A stretch of 64,000 nt of DNA from Verrucomicrobiia bacterium (GTDB lineage: Bacteria; Verrucomicrobiota; Verrucomicrobiia; Palsa-1439), in contig DATKNW010000041.1 of assembly GCA_035541135.1 (NCBI GenBank), positions 30,565 through 94,564 on the forward strand, given 5' to 3'. Of the stretch, positions 49,862 through 59,383 are shown piece by piece (within the stretch, counting starts at the first letter, position 1; each line of letters opens with the position of its first letter). Position numbers and translations under genes: made by a program. A model generated the notes under the pieces. The model had not been told where the DNA came from. It made no database searches and was given only the letters and a program-made list of their open reading frames with translations.

Positions 49862-51121
49862 GTGGAACCCGGGGCAGCATCGCCCGGGTTCCACTCTCGT
49901 TTGCAGCAAAGTCTCCACGGCGATCACGTGACGCAGAAGCGTTCCTCGATCTGGCGGTATTCCATCAGTCTGGTTTTGATGTCCACCGCATTTGTTGCGG
50001 GACGTTTCACAGCGCGGGGGCGGCCTGACCAAATCCGGGAGACGGCCACTCCTGCGGAATTCACAAGGTCAGCGGCGGACGAATTGGATGCCAACAGGGC
50101 GGCATTAGTGGGGATCGGCTCGGATGGAGATTATCTGGAGGGATTGAAAGCAATCGGCGAGCGGCCGGAGAGTGAGGCCAGTTACGATGACGCGTTGAAA
50201 TTCCTCCTGAAATGGGTGGGCGTCGATCCTCTGTCCGCGTTGGAGTACGTCCGTGCTCACTACGATCCGAGACATCGGAACGCGTTTCTTTCCAGCTTGC
50301 TGGCGGCGTGGGCCGGCAAAGATGCGGCAGCGGCTTGGGCCTGGACGACACAGAATCTGCCTGGCGATCATACCCAGTACGATGCGGTGCTTTCGACCAT
50401 CGGCAGGAGCGATCCCGAAACCGCCTGGCGGTACGCCACCGAAGCCGCCGATAAAGAAGGGCGGCCCCATGACCAGTCCGTTTATGTCAGCGCGCTCCGG
50501 GGAATTATCTACGCCGGCCAGTACGAGCAGGCCGCTGGTTTGATTGCGAATCTGTCGCTGGGGCCGGGCGAAGAAACGTACGACATGACCGGCTTCTTGG
50601 CGGGCGAATGGGCCCGTTACGATCCGGCAAAAGCGCTCGCATGGGCGACACAGCTTCCGGGCGATGGCAGCCTGTCCCGTCAACAGGCGTTGGTCAACCT
50701 GGGAATATCCTGGGCGCGGAGCGACCCGCAAGCGGTGGCTGACTTTGCGCTGCAACTGCCGCCGGGTGTTACCAGACTGAACCTGCTATCAACGGCGCTT
50801 GATTCATGGATCACCGATCATCCAGATCAAGTCGCCACCTGGCTCAACCAGAATCAGCCCAACGGGTTCGATCCTGATTTCAACCTGGTGTTGATGTCAC
50901 TTGCCTCATCGTCCAAGATCGTTGACGCCAATCATAACTTGGCGATTTGCTGGGCCAACGCCATCGATGACGATGTTGCCCGGATTCAGGCACTGAATCG
51001 AATCATGACCCGTTGGATGGCGACAGACGCCATGTCTGCGGAAAGCTACCTTGATACTACCGCGGACTTGTCTCCACAGGACATTGCGCAACTTCGCAGG
51101 AATCTCAACATCAGCCATTAG
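49862..51121 (+). CDS. membrane-anchored alpha-helical repeat protein (hypothetical); paralog of 51166..52383
   Basis: N-terminal TM (IWRYSISLVLMSTAFVAGRF). Repeated ~35-aa helical units with conserved W/A positions (AAAAWAWTTQNLPGD, PETAWRYATEAADK, PAKALAWATQLPGDG, PDQVATWLNQNQPNG). Confidence 0.6.
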   Translation: MEPGAASPGFHSRLQQSLHGDHVTQKRSSIWRYSISLVLMSTAFVAGRFTARGRPDQIRETATPAEFTRSAADELDANRAALVGIGSDGDYLEGLKAIGERPESEASYDDALKFLLKWVGVDPLSALEYVRAHYDPRHRNAFLSSLLAAWAGKDAAAAWAWTTQNLPGDHTQYDAVLSTIGRSDPETAWRYATEAADKEGRPHDQSVYVSALRGIIYAGQYEQAAGLIANLSLGPGEETYDMTGFLAGEWARYDPAKALAWATQLPGDGSLSRQQALVNLGISWARSDPQAVADFALQLPPGVTRLNLLSTALDSWITDHPDQVATWLNQNQPNGFDPDFNLVLMSLASSSKIVDANHNLAICWANAIDDDVARIQALNRIMTRWMATDAMSAESYLDTTADLSPQDIAQLRRNLNISH

Positions 51122-51165
51122 GTGGCACGTTACGCTATTCGAGATAAAACAGGGGTGAACATCAC

Positions 51166-52383
51166 GTGTCCGTAGCAATGAAACATGCGGCGATCAACGC
51201 GCTTTTGGTTGTCCTGTCGTTCGGAGCCGGCCATCTGATGGCTCCGCCAAAAGCTCGAAATGATAGCCACAGCGACGCGCTGTTAACGGCGGGAAGATCC
51301 AGCGATCAAACGGTAATGAACGCGACAATGCGGGCAGCCCCTGGCAGTCCGACAAATTCAAACGCGCCACTACTGTCGAAAAATGACACCTCAAGAACGG
51401 ACGAGATCAAGAGTTTGCTATACGGACTCGGTGACGAACTGGCCAGTGAACAGGCTTATGACAAACTGATGCAGCGGTTACTGGCTCTGGCGGCGGTAGA
51501 TCCGCATGGAGCCGTTGATTATGCGGTGCATCATCTCAAGCCGCCATTTCAAGAGGTGGCGCTGACAAAGGTCCTCGGAGTCTGGGCGGGAAACGATTCG
51601 CAATCAGCATGGGATTGGGTGAAGACCAACAAGGCGGACGACTCGTTGCTTGTCGGCACCGTGCTGAACGAGGTGGGGAAAACGCAACCGGACACCGCCT
51701 GGCGATTTGCCACGGAGCTTGGGAGCACGATGCCCCAAGAGGCCGCGGGCCTGTATGTCAGCGTCATCAACGGAATGTTGTACGCCGGCAGGTACGAAGA
51801 TGCCACGCGGCTGTTGGATAGCGCCGTTCTGCCGAAAAATGTGCGGGAATCAGAATATGGTCTCGCTGGTTTTCTGGCCGGTCAATGGGCCGAGTATCAG
51901 CCTAATCGGGCGGCTGCATGGGTTCTTACGTTGCCGGAAGGCGGCTCGGCGCGCAGACAAGCGCTGGCCGCTCTCGGTCAGTCGTGGGCCGTTGTTGACC
52001 CGGAGGGGGCAGCCAATTTCGCAGCTGAACTTCCGCCGGGCCCCGAACGTGTTTCCATGATGGCATCGGCTGTCGATGCGTGGTTTGCCAAGGATCCCAA
52101 ACAGGTTGATACGTGGATTGCAATGCTGCCTCAAGGAGCCGATTACGACCAGTTCGCAGCAGCCATTGCTGTGGCGCCGCGGATTATTAACAGCGATCCC
52201 GAAGCCTCGGTGCAGTGGGCCATGGCGATTTCCGACGACGAACTGCGAATGCAGAGCCTGAGCAAGGTCTTTGTCCAATGGTTCCAACAAGCTGATGTCG
52301 ATGCCATGGCCTATCTGACACAGATGCCGCCAGCCATTCAAAGCGAACTCCGTAAGCGAGTAGGGATTGTCAACGGGCCGTGA
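51166..52383 (+). CDS. membrane-anchored alpha-helical repeat protein (hypothetical); paralog of 49862..51121
   Basis: N-terminal TM (AAINALLVVLSFGAGHLMA). Collinear with 49862..51121 (DELASEQAYDKLMQRLLALAAVDPHGAVDY...; SQSAWDWVKTN; PDTAWRFATELG; RAAAWVLTLPEGG; PKQVDTWIAMLPQG). Confidence 0.6.
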   Translation: MSVAMKHAAINALLVVLSFGAGHLMAPPKARNDSHSDALLTAGRSSDQTVMNATMRAAPGSPTNSNAPLLSKNDTSRTDEIKSLLYGLGDELASEQAYDKLMQRLLALAAVDPHGAVDYAVHHLKPPFQEVALTKVLGVWAGNDSQSAWDWVKTNKADDSLLVGTVLNEVGKTQPDTAWRFATELGSTMPQEAAGLYVSVINGMLYAGRYEDATRLLDSAVLPKNVRESEYGLAGFLAGQWAEYQPNRAAAWVLTLPEGGSARRQALAALGQSWAVVDPEGAANFAAELPPGPERVSMMASAVDAWFAKDPKQVDTWIAMLPQGADYDQFAAAIAVAPRIINSDPEASVQWAMAISDDELRMQSLSKVFVQWFQQADVDAMAYLTQMPPAIQSELRKRVGIVNGP

Positions 52384-52573
52384 TCCGAATGCGAACATCG
52401 CGCCGTGACAAGGACCGCTCTCGCTAGCAGTCTGTTAGGCTGCGCTGCTCTGTTGAAATCCTCACAAATTGGCTGATGGTTGCTCGGGGTGGGAACCGAT
52501 GAAAGACCAGTCGTTGTTGGGGCTGCGCGATTCTATTCGATCAAGGAAGGCGGTTCGCCAACTGGCGAATCAC

Positions 52574-53797
52574 CTACGTGGCGGCTTGGTGACTACGCAT
52601 CGGCACCACGTTCGCAGCTTGTTTCGGAGAAATGTTCCACCACACCATGGCGTCCTGGGGAGTGACCAACTCTCGGTAGTGTCGAAAGATCATGGCTGGG
52701 GTGTTACCCATTTCTAACGCGACTTTGGCCGCATCCTGACACTGAGCCAACCGGTAGGTCGCGTAGGAATGTCGCAGGCCGTTCTTCGGCCAACGAACGC
52801 CGATTTCTCTTGCCAAAACAGACGCCTTGCGCCCAATGCGAGACCAGAGGCAGACTGGTCCGGTTTGTGCCCGATATGGAGCAAGCCACGCTTCAAGGTT
52901 GGGCTGAATCGGCACGAGACGGCGCTGTGCGGTCTTGGCCTTCTTTGCCTTCACCTCCACGAACCCTTGATCAAATCGAACATCTTCCCACTCCAGCCGA
53001 AGAAGCTCAGCATGCCGCAGGCCTGTGAAGGCCCCGATTGCCAAGAAAGGCACGAGGTTGCCATCCGCTTTGGCGATCAACCTAGCGAGGTCGGCGGGAC
53101 GGAAAATCTCGATCTCGGTGCCGTTGTCCTTTGCCCGCGGTAGCATGTCGGCTTCGGTGGCCCGATCACGCAACAGATAACCACGCTGGCGGGCAAAGCG
53201 CCAGAGTGTTACCACCAAGCCCCGGTAGTTGTTTCGCGAGCGCAAGGAGCCGGGCAGAGACCGCAGCCAATTCTCAAGCTGACCTTGCGTGACCTGTCCC
53301 ATTGGACCCGAGAAGGCAGCAGCGATGTGCGGTAGCCGCGTGTTCAGGTCTTTGAGGTAGGCCGCACTCACTCCGTCCTGTCGCTTCGCTTCCAGCAACT
53401 CATCGGCGACTTGCTTAACCGTCTTGGCAGGCAGCGCCGTGGGATGATGCCGAAGATAGAAATCTACCGCCTCATTCAGGGATGCCTTTTGGAGTTTGGT
53501 TCTGGCCTTCGCATACGCCTCGACAGCGTCATGGAGCGTCACGCCGAAAGGGTTGAGCACTTCGAGAGAGCGCGCATAGGAATCGCGGTCGGCACCGGTA
53601 AGCATGATGCCCAATGCTTTCTGCCCGTGAATCGCAGTCGCGACTTCCTTGGCGCGGTCAGCGGCTTCATCGCGTGTGGACCGTGATTCTCGCCGACGGC
53701 GCCCGTCTTGGTAATAGCTGATGCACCAGCGACCGCTGGAAAGAGCGTAGACAGGGACCTTGACGGAACCAACGCTGACAAGGAAAGAGCGTTTCAT
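52574..53797 (-). CDS. tyrosine-type site-specific recombinase / phage-type integrase
   Basis: ORF 52574..53812. The likely start is ATG at 53797 (MKRSFLV). Catalytic-domain blocks AFTGLRHAELLRLEWEDV, NGLRHSYATYRL, IFRHYRE (R..H..R..Y). Confidence 0.85.
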   Translation of the reverse strand: MKRSFLVSVGSVKVPVYALSSGRWCISYYQDGRRRRESRSTRDEAADRAKEVATAIHGQKALGIMLTGADRDSYARSLEVLNPFGVTLHDAVEAYAKARTKLQKASLNEAVDFYLRHHPTALPAKTVKQVADELLEAKRQDGVSAAYLKDLNTRLPHIAAAFSGPMGQVTQGQLENWLRSLPGSLRSRNNYRGLVVTLWRFARQRGYLLRDRATEADMLPRAKDNGTEIEIFRPADLARLIAKADGNLVPFLAIGAFTGLRHAELLRLEWEDVRFDQGFVEVKAKKAKTAQRRLVPIQPNLEAWLAPYRAQTGPVCLWSRIGRKASVLAREIGVRWPKNGLRHSYATYRLAQCQDAAKVALEMGNTPAMIFRHYRELVTPQDAMVWWNISPKQAANVVPMRSHQAAT

Positions 53798-53873
53798 AAC
53801 GATGCAGAGCATACCAAATTTGTCACGGATTTGTCACGAGAAAACCGAGGAGTACAGACCTACAGCGGAAAAG

Positions 53874-53947
53874 TGGAGCGGGCGATGGGAATCGAACCCA
53901 CCTCACCAGCTTGGAAGGCTGGCGCATTACCACTATGCTACGCCCGC
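53874..53947 (-). tRNA. tRNA-Gly (anticodon UCC), CCA encoded
   Basis: Minus-strand sequence GCGGGCGTAGCATAGTGGTAATGCGCCAGCCTTCCAAGCTGGTGAGGTGGGTTCGATTCCCATCGCCCGCTCCA folds by hand into a cloverleaf. Acceptor stem is 7 bp (GCGGGCG/CGCCCGC). D-stem GCAT/ATGC. Anticodon stem CCAGC/GCTGG with loop CTTCCAA (anticodon TCC). T-arm GTGGG-TTCGATT-CCCAT. Discriminator U, then CCA. Confidence 0.85.
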
Positions 53948-54018
53948 GTCCGAGCGCCGTCAGCAGTCCGGCGGTTGCGCCGTCAAACTATCCCACCCCA
54001 CCCCGACCGTCAAGCTCG

Positions 54019-55338
54019 CTACGCGACACGGCACGGCGCCATGACCGCATCGGGCATCCCGTGAAGGATCTTCTTGTCGGCCGGGCAAACGGTCGCGAGG
54101 ATGCCGCCCAGTTTCGCGTCGTCACCCGTCACGAAGTAGTACGGACACAGCCGCGTGCGCGCACTGAACTGGCGAAGCTCGTTGGCTTCAAAATCGACGT
54201 ACTGGGCCTCGAACAGTTTTGATTTCTCAAACCGCTGGAGAATGAACGGGTGCGCCGCGAAATCTTTGAGGGCAAGTTCGATGGCTTCGGCCCATTCGTC
54301 CGCCGGCAGATCATGCCCCACATACACGCCGCGGCTACCCCATGCGCGGTCGCTGAAGCCGGAGATCTTCAGGACCAGCTCGCGCTGTTTTTGGGAGAAC
54401 CTCGCCATCTCGCGCCAATCGTGGATGCCCAACTCGGGAATCACCGCGTGCGGCGGCAGCGGGGTTGGATCGACGATCCATGTGTAGGGAAAGACCTCGC
54501 GTAGCGCGGCCAGGGTTTTGTCGCCGAGTTGCTCGCGCCAGAACGCGTGGAGCTGTTCCATCCACAGGAATGCAAACAGCATTTTCTCTTCGAGCTGTGG
54601 TTTGAATGGCGGGGTGACGTGCACGTTGCCCTGCGCGGCGGCATCCATGAGTGCCCGCGCATTCGCGATGTTCGGCAGATCGAACAGTTCAAAGAAACGG
54701 TAGACGATGGCGGCCTTGTCGAGGCTCGTTAATTCCTCCGGGCGGACAATGCGGAAGCCGAGTTGCCGGCCAAGCCATTCCATCTCGGGGCGATATGTTG
54801 CCGCCTCATCGGATACTGCGATAATTGCGAGCGGGTCGTCGGTTTTCGACTCGGCGTGCAGGATCGCACTGAATCCTTCCATCATACCATGGGCGCCACC
54901 GACGATCTGGTCACCCAACTCGGCGTAGGTCTTCCCGAGCCAGCCGGTCAGGCCGATGCCGCCGGGAATGGAATCGAGCTCGGCGATGAAGAAGTGATCG
55001 TTGGTCAGAATCACGTCGGGACGGATCACGCGCGGGACATGCGCCTTGAAGCGGTTGAGCCGGGAGAACTCGATCAGCTCTTTCGGTTTGCCCGCATCGA
55101 GATACTGCGCGATCCATGCGGGCAGCTTGCCTTCGACGCTGTGACGGTACATCACATTGCAGGCGCGATAAAACGCCAGCAGCTGCGGCCCGAGCGCTTC
55201 GAGGCGGGCGACGATCTCGGCGGAAAGCGGGAACGCCTCGGGGGAAATCCGCCACGTCAGCCCGGCAAACAGGCCGGCGGCGGGCAACTGGTCGCGGACA
55301 TACCGGGCGCGCTCGGCGGCGGATTGCGAATCGCTCAT
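54019..55338 (-). CDS. hypothetical enzyme, circularly-permuted ATP-grasp-like (low-confidence family call)
   Basis: ORF 54019..55368 with ATG at 55338 (MSDSQSAAER). The E-x-N/D-x-x-P-G-like element (AELDSIPGG) normally sits near the C-terminus in ATP-grasp enzymes. Here it is in the N-terminal third, as in circularly permuted ATP-grasp proteins. No other family evidence. The gene lies 8 nt downstream of the acyl-CoA synthetase gene on the same strand. Confidence 0.4.
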   Translation of the reverse strand: MSDSQSAAERARYVRDQLPAAGLFAGLTWRISPEAFPLSAEIVARLEALGPQLLAFYRACNVMYRHSVEGKLPAWIAQYLDAGKPKELIEFSRLNRFKAHVPRVIRPDVILTNDHFFIAELDSIPGGIGLTGWLGKTYAELGDQIVGGAHGMMEGFSAILHAESKTDDPLAIIAVSDEAATYRPEMEWLGRQLGFRIVRPEELTSLDKAAIVYRFFELFDLPNIANARALMDAAAQGNVHVTPPFKPQLEEKMLFAFLWMEQLHAFWREQLGDKTLAALREVFPYTWIVDPTPLPPHAVIPELGIHDWREMARFSQKQRELVLKISGFSDRAWGSRGVYVGHDLPADEWAEAIELALKDFAAHPFILQRFEKSKLFEAQYVDFEANELRQFSARTRLCPYYFVTGDDAKLGGILATVCPADKKILHGMPDAVMAPCRVA

Positions 55339-55345
55339 GACGCAC

Positions 55346-56869
55346 TCAGAGCTGCCCGCGCAACTCAACCCGACGGATTTTGCCGCTGGTGGTTTTCGGC
55401 AACGCTTTCACGAACTCGATTTCACGCGGGTATTTGTAGGGCGCCGTAACGAGTTTGCAGTGTTCCTGCAGTTCGACCTTGAGACTGTCGCTGGCGGCGT
55501 AGCCGCTGCGGAGCACGACAAACGCCTTGACGATCTGCCCGCGAATGGCATCGGGTTTGCCGACCACGCCGGATTCCAGCACGGCGGGATGTTCCAGAAG
55601 CGTGCTCTCGACCTCGAACGGTCCGATGCGATACGCGGCGCTTTTGATCACGTCGTCGGCGCGTCCGACAAACCAGTAGTAGCCAGCGGCGTCGCGCCGG
55701 GCGACGTCGCCCGTCAAATACCAGTCGCCGCGGAAACGTTGCGTGGTCAGGTCGGGATTCCGCCAATACTCGCGGAACAGCCCCAGCGGCCGTCGCGGGC
55801 GATAACGCACGGCGATTTCGCCTTCGGTGCCGACTGGCACCTCCTGCAGGTCCGCGTCCAGGAGAGCGATTTCAAAACCCGGGACCGGCTGGCCCATCGA
55901 GCCGGGGCGCACGTCGCAGCCACGGGACCGGATGTTGGCGATCAACACGACCGTTTCGGTTTGACCGTAACCTTCGTAGATGGTCATCCCGGTCGCCTCC
56001 CGCCAGGCCGTGATGACCTCGGGGTTGAGGGGTTCGCCCGCGCTGACGCAATGCCGCAAATGTTTGAGGCGACATTGGCTCAGGTCTTCCCGAACGATGA
56101 GACGCAGAGCGGTTGGCGGCGCGCACCACGTGGTAATGGGATAGCTCGCCAAGGTCCGCAGCGCACACGAAGCACTGAATTTGCGCCGCGCGTCCATGGC
56201 GAACACCGTGGCGCCGGCCAGCCAGGGGCCGAAGAAGCACGACCAGGCGGCCTTCCCCCACCCCGTATCGGTAATGCACCAATGGAGGTCACCCGGTTTC
56301 AAATCGAGCCACAGTTGGCCCGTGACCCGGTGGGCCAGGCCATAACTGGCCTGCGTGTGCAACACCATCTTCGGTTGGCCGGTGGTGGCGCTGGTGAAAT
56401 AGATGATGCCGGGATCATCGGCGCGAGTCGGTTCGCCGGTGAATTTCGGCAAGGCGTCGCGCAGCCCGGCCTTGAAGCTCGTCCAGCCGGCCCGTGGCGA
56501 GCCTACCAAAATCCGTTTGCCGCGGAACCAATCCAGCTTGCTGATTCCACCGTCGTCGGTGATCGCGGCGCGGACGCCCGCCGCCTCGATGCGGTAGCGG
56601 ACATCACGGGTCGTCAACATCGTGGCGCTGGGAATAGGAACCGCGCCCAGACGGATCAGGCCCAGCAACGTGATCCACCATTCCGGGACGCGCGGCAGCA
56701 TCACCAGCACCGGATCGCCCGGTCCAATGCCGCAGTCGCGAAAGAAGTTGGCGGCGCGATGCGCGTCGGCCACGATGTCGGCGACGGTGATTTTGCGTTG
56801 GTGCCGACGGTTTTGGTCCACCCACCACAGCGCCAACGCCTCCGGGGTCCGCCGCGCCCATTCCTCCAT
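55346..56869 (-). CDS. AMP-dependent acyl-CoA synthetase / ligase
   Basis: ORF 55346..57241 has an Arg-rich implausible N-terminus. The likely start is ATG at 56869 (MEEWARRTPEALALWW). AMP-binding motifs YFTSATTGQPK, YGQTE, GDWYLTGD, PKTTSGKIRR. Confidence 0.85.
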   Translation of the reverse strand: MEEWARRTPEALALWWVDQNRRHQRKITVADIVADAHRAANFFRDCGIGPGDPVLVMLPRVPEWWITLLGLIRLGAVPIPSATMLTTRDVRYRIEAAGVRAAITDDGGISKLDWFRGKRILVGSPRAGWTSFKAGLRDALPKFTGEPTRADDPGIIYFTSATTGQPKMVLHTQASYGLAHRVTGQLWLDLKPGDLHWCITDTGWGKAAWSCFFGPWLAGATVFAMDARRKFSASCALRTLASYPITTWCAPPTALRLIVREDLSQCRLKHLRHCVSAGEPLNPEVITAWREATGMTIYEGYGQTETVVLIANIRSRGCDVRPGSMGQPVPGFEIALLDADLQEVPVGTEGEIAVRYRPRRPLGLFREYWRNPDLTTQRFRGDWYLTGDVARRDAAGYYWFVGRADDVIKSAAYRIGPFEVESTLLEHPAVLESGVVGKPDAIRGQIVKAFVVLRSGYAASDSLKVELQEHCKLVTAPYKYPREIEFVKALPKTTSGKIRRVELRGQL

Positions 56870-56910
56870 CACGGTCGCGACGAAATTGAACTCCTTCGGT
56901 GCCGTGCGGT

Positions 56911-58155
56911 TCACTCGCGCACCTGGCCATCTCCCACCACGACGAATTTGTAGCTGGTCAACTCCTCGAGCCCCATCGGCCCGCGGGCGTGAATCTTGTC
57001 CGTGGAAATGCCGATCTCGGCGCCGAACCCGTACTGGCCGCCGTCGGCCAGTCGCGTGCTGGCGTTCCAGAACACGCTGGAGCTGTCGACTTCGCGCAGG
57101 AATTTGTCGGCAGTGGCTTTGTTGGCCGTGACGATGGCATCGCTGTGGGCCGAGCCGTATTTCGTGATGTGAGCGATGGCGGCGTCCACGCCGTTGACCA
57201 CGCGCACGGCGAGAATAAGATCGAGATACTCGGCGTACCAATCATCTTCGATCGCTGGCTTGGCGCTCGACACCAACTGACGGGTGCGTTCGTCGCCACG
57301 CAGTTCGACCTTTTTGTCGGTGAGCGCCTTCCCGATCCGGGGCAGAAACTTGTCGGCGATTTTTTCGTCGATGAGCAGCGTCTCGATGGCGTTGCAAACG
57401 CCGGGCCGCTGGCACTTGGCGTTGATGACGATTTTCTCGGCCATGTCGAAGTCGGCCTCGCGGTCGACGTACACGTGGCAGACGCCCTTGTAGTGTTTGA
57501 TGACGGGAATGCGCGACTTTTCGGCGACGGCGCGAATCAGCCCTTCCCCGCCGCGCGGGATGCAGAGATTGATCAGGTCATCGAGCTTGAGCAGCTCGTC
57601 GATGGCGGCGCGGTCGGTGGTCGGCACGACCGTGATGCTGTTCGGGGGCACCCCGGGCACGGTCATCGCTTCGGCAATGGCGAGATTGCTGTGGATCGCT
57701 TCCGAACCGCCGCGCAGGATGACGGCGTTGCCGGTCTTGAAACACAGGCAGGCGGCATCGGCGGTGACGTTGGGCCGCGACTCGTAAATGATCAGGATCA
57801 CGCCGATGGGCACGCGCACTTTGCGGATGCGGATGCTGTTGGGGCGGGTCCACTCGCTGATCGTGGTGCCGACGGGGTCGGGTAAGTCCGCGACTTCGCG
57901 GACGCCGCGGGCCATTTCGGATACTCGTTTCTCCGTGAGCGTGAGCCGATCGAGCATCGCCGAGGACAACCCGGATTTCCCGGCCGCATCGAGATCTTTG
58001 GCATTGGCCGATTTGATCGTGGCGGCGGATTTCTCGATCCCGTCGGCCATGGCGCGGAGCAGGGCGTTCTTCTGGTTCGCGTCGAGTTTGGCCAGCGCGC
58101 GCGAGGCGTCGCGCGAGCGTTCGGCCAATGACCGCATTTGTTGTTTCAGGTCCAT
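56911..58155 (-). CDS. proA: glutamate-5-semialdehyde dehydrogenase (gamma-glutamyl phosphate reductase)
   Basis: 414 aa collinear with the ProA family (KNALLRAMADGIE...; VPIGVILIIYESRPNVT; CNAIETLLI; HSDAIVT). Confidence 0.9.
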   Translation of the reverse strand: MDLKQQMRSLAERSRDASRALAKLDANQKNALLRAMADGIEKSAATIKSANAKDLDAAGKSGLSSAMLDRLTLTEKRVSEMARGVREVADLPDPVGTTISEWTRPNSIRIRKVRVPIGVILIIYESRPNVTADAACLCFKTGNAVILRGGSEAIHSNLAIAEAMTVPGVPPNSITVVPTTDRAAIDELLKLDDLINLCIPRGGEGLIRAVAEKSRIPVIKHYKGVCHVYVDREADFDMAEKIVINAKCQRPGVCNAIETLLIDEKIADKFLPRIGKALTDKKVELRGDERTRQLVSSAKPAIEDDWYAEYLDLILAVRVVNGVDAAIAHITKYGSAHSDAIVTANKATADKFLREVDSSSVFWNASTRLADGGQYGFGAEIGISTDKIHARGPMGLEELTSYKFVVVGDGQVRE

Positions 58156-59217
58156 TTAGAGAATCACCATGTCGTCACGGTGGATGACCACACCCGTGGC
58201 GGACTTGATTTGGATGCCGGCAACCTTGGTCAGGCCGCGCGCGAATTCAATTTGATCCTTGTCGCGGATGCTGACGACGTCGCCTTCCTCGAACTTCCCT
58301 TCCGAGCCGATGATCCCTTTGGCCAGCAGGCTTTTACCGTTGGAGCACAGCGCCGCTTTTGCCCCGTCGTCGACGGTCAGCACGCCCGCGGGGCGCTGAA
58401 AAAACGCGATCCAGCGTTTGCGGCTGGCCAGCTTGTCGGCGTGCGGGAGAAAGATCGTGCCCACATCTTCGGCGGCGAGAATATCACCAAGGACATTGGC
58501 GCGCTCGCCGTTGGCGATGACGAGCGGGATGCCAACGCGCGTGACGATCTTCGCGGCGTCGATTTTGGATTTCATGCCGCCGACGCTCGTGGCGCGGTTC
58601 GTGCCGCCGGCGAGCAACTCGATTTCGCGCGTGATTTCGGGAACGGCAGGGACGACGTGTCCATCCCGTTCCAGCAATCCATCGACGTGCGACAGGATGA
58701 CCAGCAAATCGGCGTCGACGAGCGTGGCCGCGAGCGCACCGAGCCGGTCGTTATCGCCGAATTTGATCTCGTCGACCGAGACGGTGTCGTTTTCGTTGAT
58801 GATCGGGACTACGCCGCGCGCGAGAAGCGTGGCCAGCGTGTTGTGCGCGTTCAGGTGGCGCGTCCGGTCTTTCAGGTCGTCGTGGGTCAGCAGGATTTGC
58901 GCGACGGTAATCGCGGATTGACTAAACAATTCGTCGTAGACGGCCATCAATTTGCTCTGGCCGATGGCGGCGGCGGCCTGGAGTTCGTCGAGGCGTTTCG
59001 GCCGCTGTTTCAGGCCGAGCTCAGCCATGCCTGCGCCAATGGCACCGGAGGAGACGACGATGATCTGTTTTTTCTGTCCGTGCAGCGCGGCGATCTGGGC
59101 GACCAGCGCTTCGATCTGACGCAGGGCAAGATGGTTTTGCGCATCGGTCAACAAGCCCGTGCCGAGCTTGATAACGACGCGGTTGACCTTGGCGAGGATT
59201 TCGTGGCGCAGTTTCAC
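58156..59217 (-). CDS. proB: glutamate 5-kinase with C-terminal PUA domain
   Basis: ORF 58156..59391 has an implausible Cys-rich N-terminal extension. The likely start is GTG at 59217 (VKLRHEILAKVNRVVIKLGTGLL). ProB kinase blocks VVSSGAIGAG and PIINENDTV, plus a PUA domain. The stop abuts the proA start (TAAATG). Confidence 0.8.
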   Translation of the reverse strand: MKLRHEILAKVNRVVIKLGTGLLTDAQNHLALRQIEALVAQIAALHGQKKQIIVVSSGAIGAGMAELGLKQRPKRLDELQAAAAIGQSKLMAVYDELFSQSAITVAQILLTHDDLKDRTRHLNAHNTLATLLARGVVPIINENDTVSVDEIKFGDNDRLGALAATLVDADLLVILSHVDGLLERDGHVVPAVPEITREIELLAGGTNRATSVGGMKSKIDAAKIVTRVGIPLVIANGERANVLGDILAAEDVGTIFLPHADKLASRKRWIAFFQRPAGVLTVDDGAKAALCSNGKSLLAKGIIGSEGKFEEGDVVSIRDKDQIEFARGLTKVAGIQIKSATGVVIHRDDMVIL

Positions 59218-59298
59218 GTAAACGGAAGAGATTACCAAAACGGCGCGGGTGTGTCGAGAAGGGAGGTTATGGCAGCTTGAGCAGCAAGGACTTGCAAA

Positions 59299-59378
59299 CT
59301 TGATATCGCAAATTGCGATATCAAAAGCAGGGCGAGGCGGGCACCGGTACCAGCCAGGGGTGTTTACCGAGCACGGGT
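59299..59378 (+). pseudogene. degenerate fragment of an ORF6N-domain gene, including a 25-bp perfect palindrome
   Basis: TTGATATCGCAAATTGCGATATCAA plus aagcagggcgaggcgggcaccggtaccagccaggggtgtttaccgagcacgggtag. This parallels 59632..59710 inside the intact gene (TTGAGGTCGCAAATTGCGACCTCAA plus agaaggggcgaggcgggcgtcggtaccagccgtatgttttcaccgagcacgggg). The fragment reads GRGGHRYQPGVFTEHG then a stop. Confidence 0.45.
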
Positions 59379-59383
59379 AGCAC

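Noticed and set aside
48370-52573. Direct repeat of the tRNA-Gly 3' end as second att site of a putative island
   Set aside because: Visual scan of the intergenic regions 48236..48964 and 52384..52573 found no copy of the tRNA 3' segment. The island hypothesis is therefore reported only as a finding and not as a mobile_element feature.
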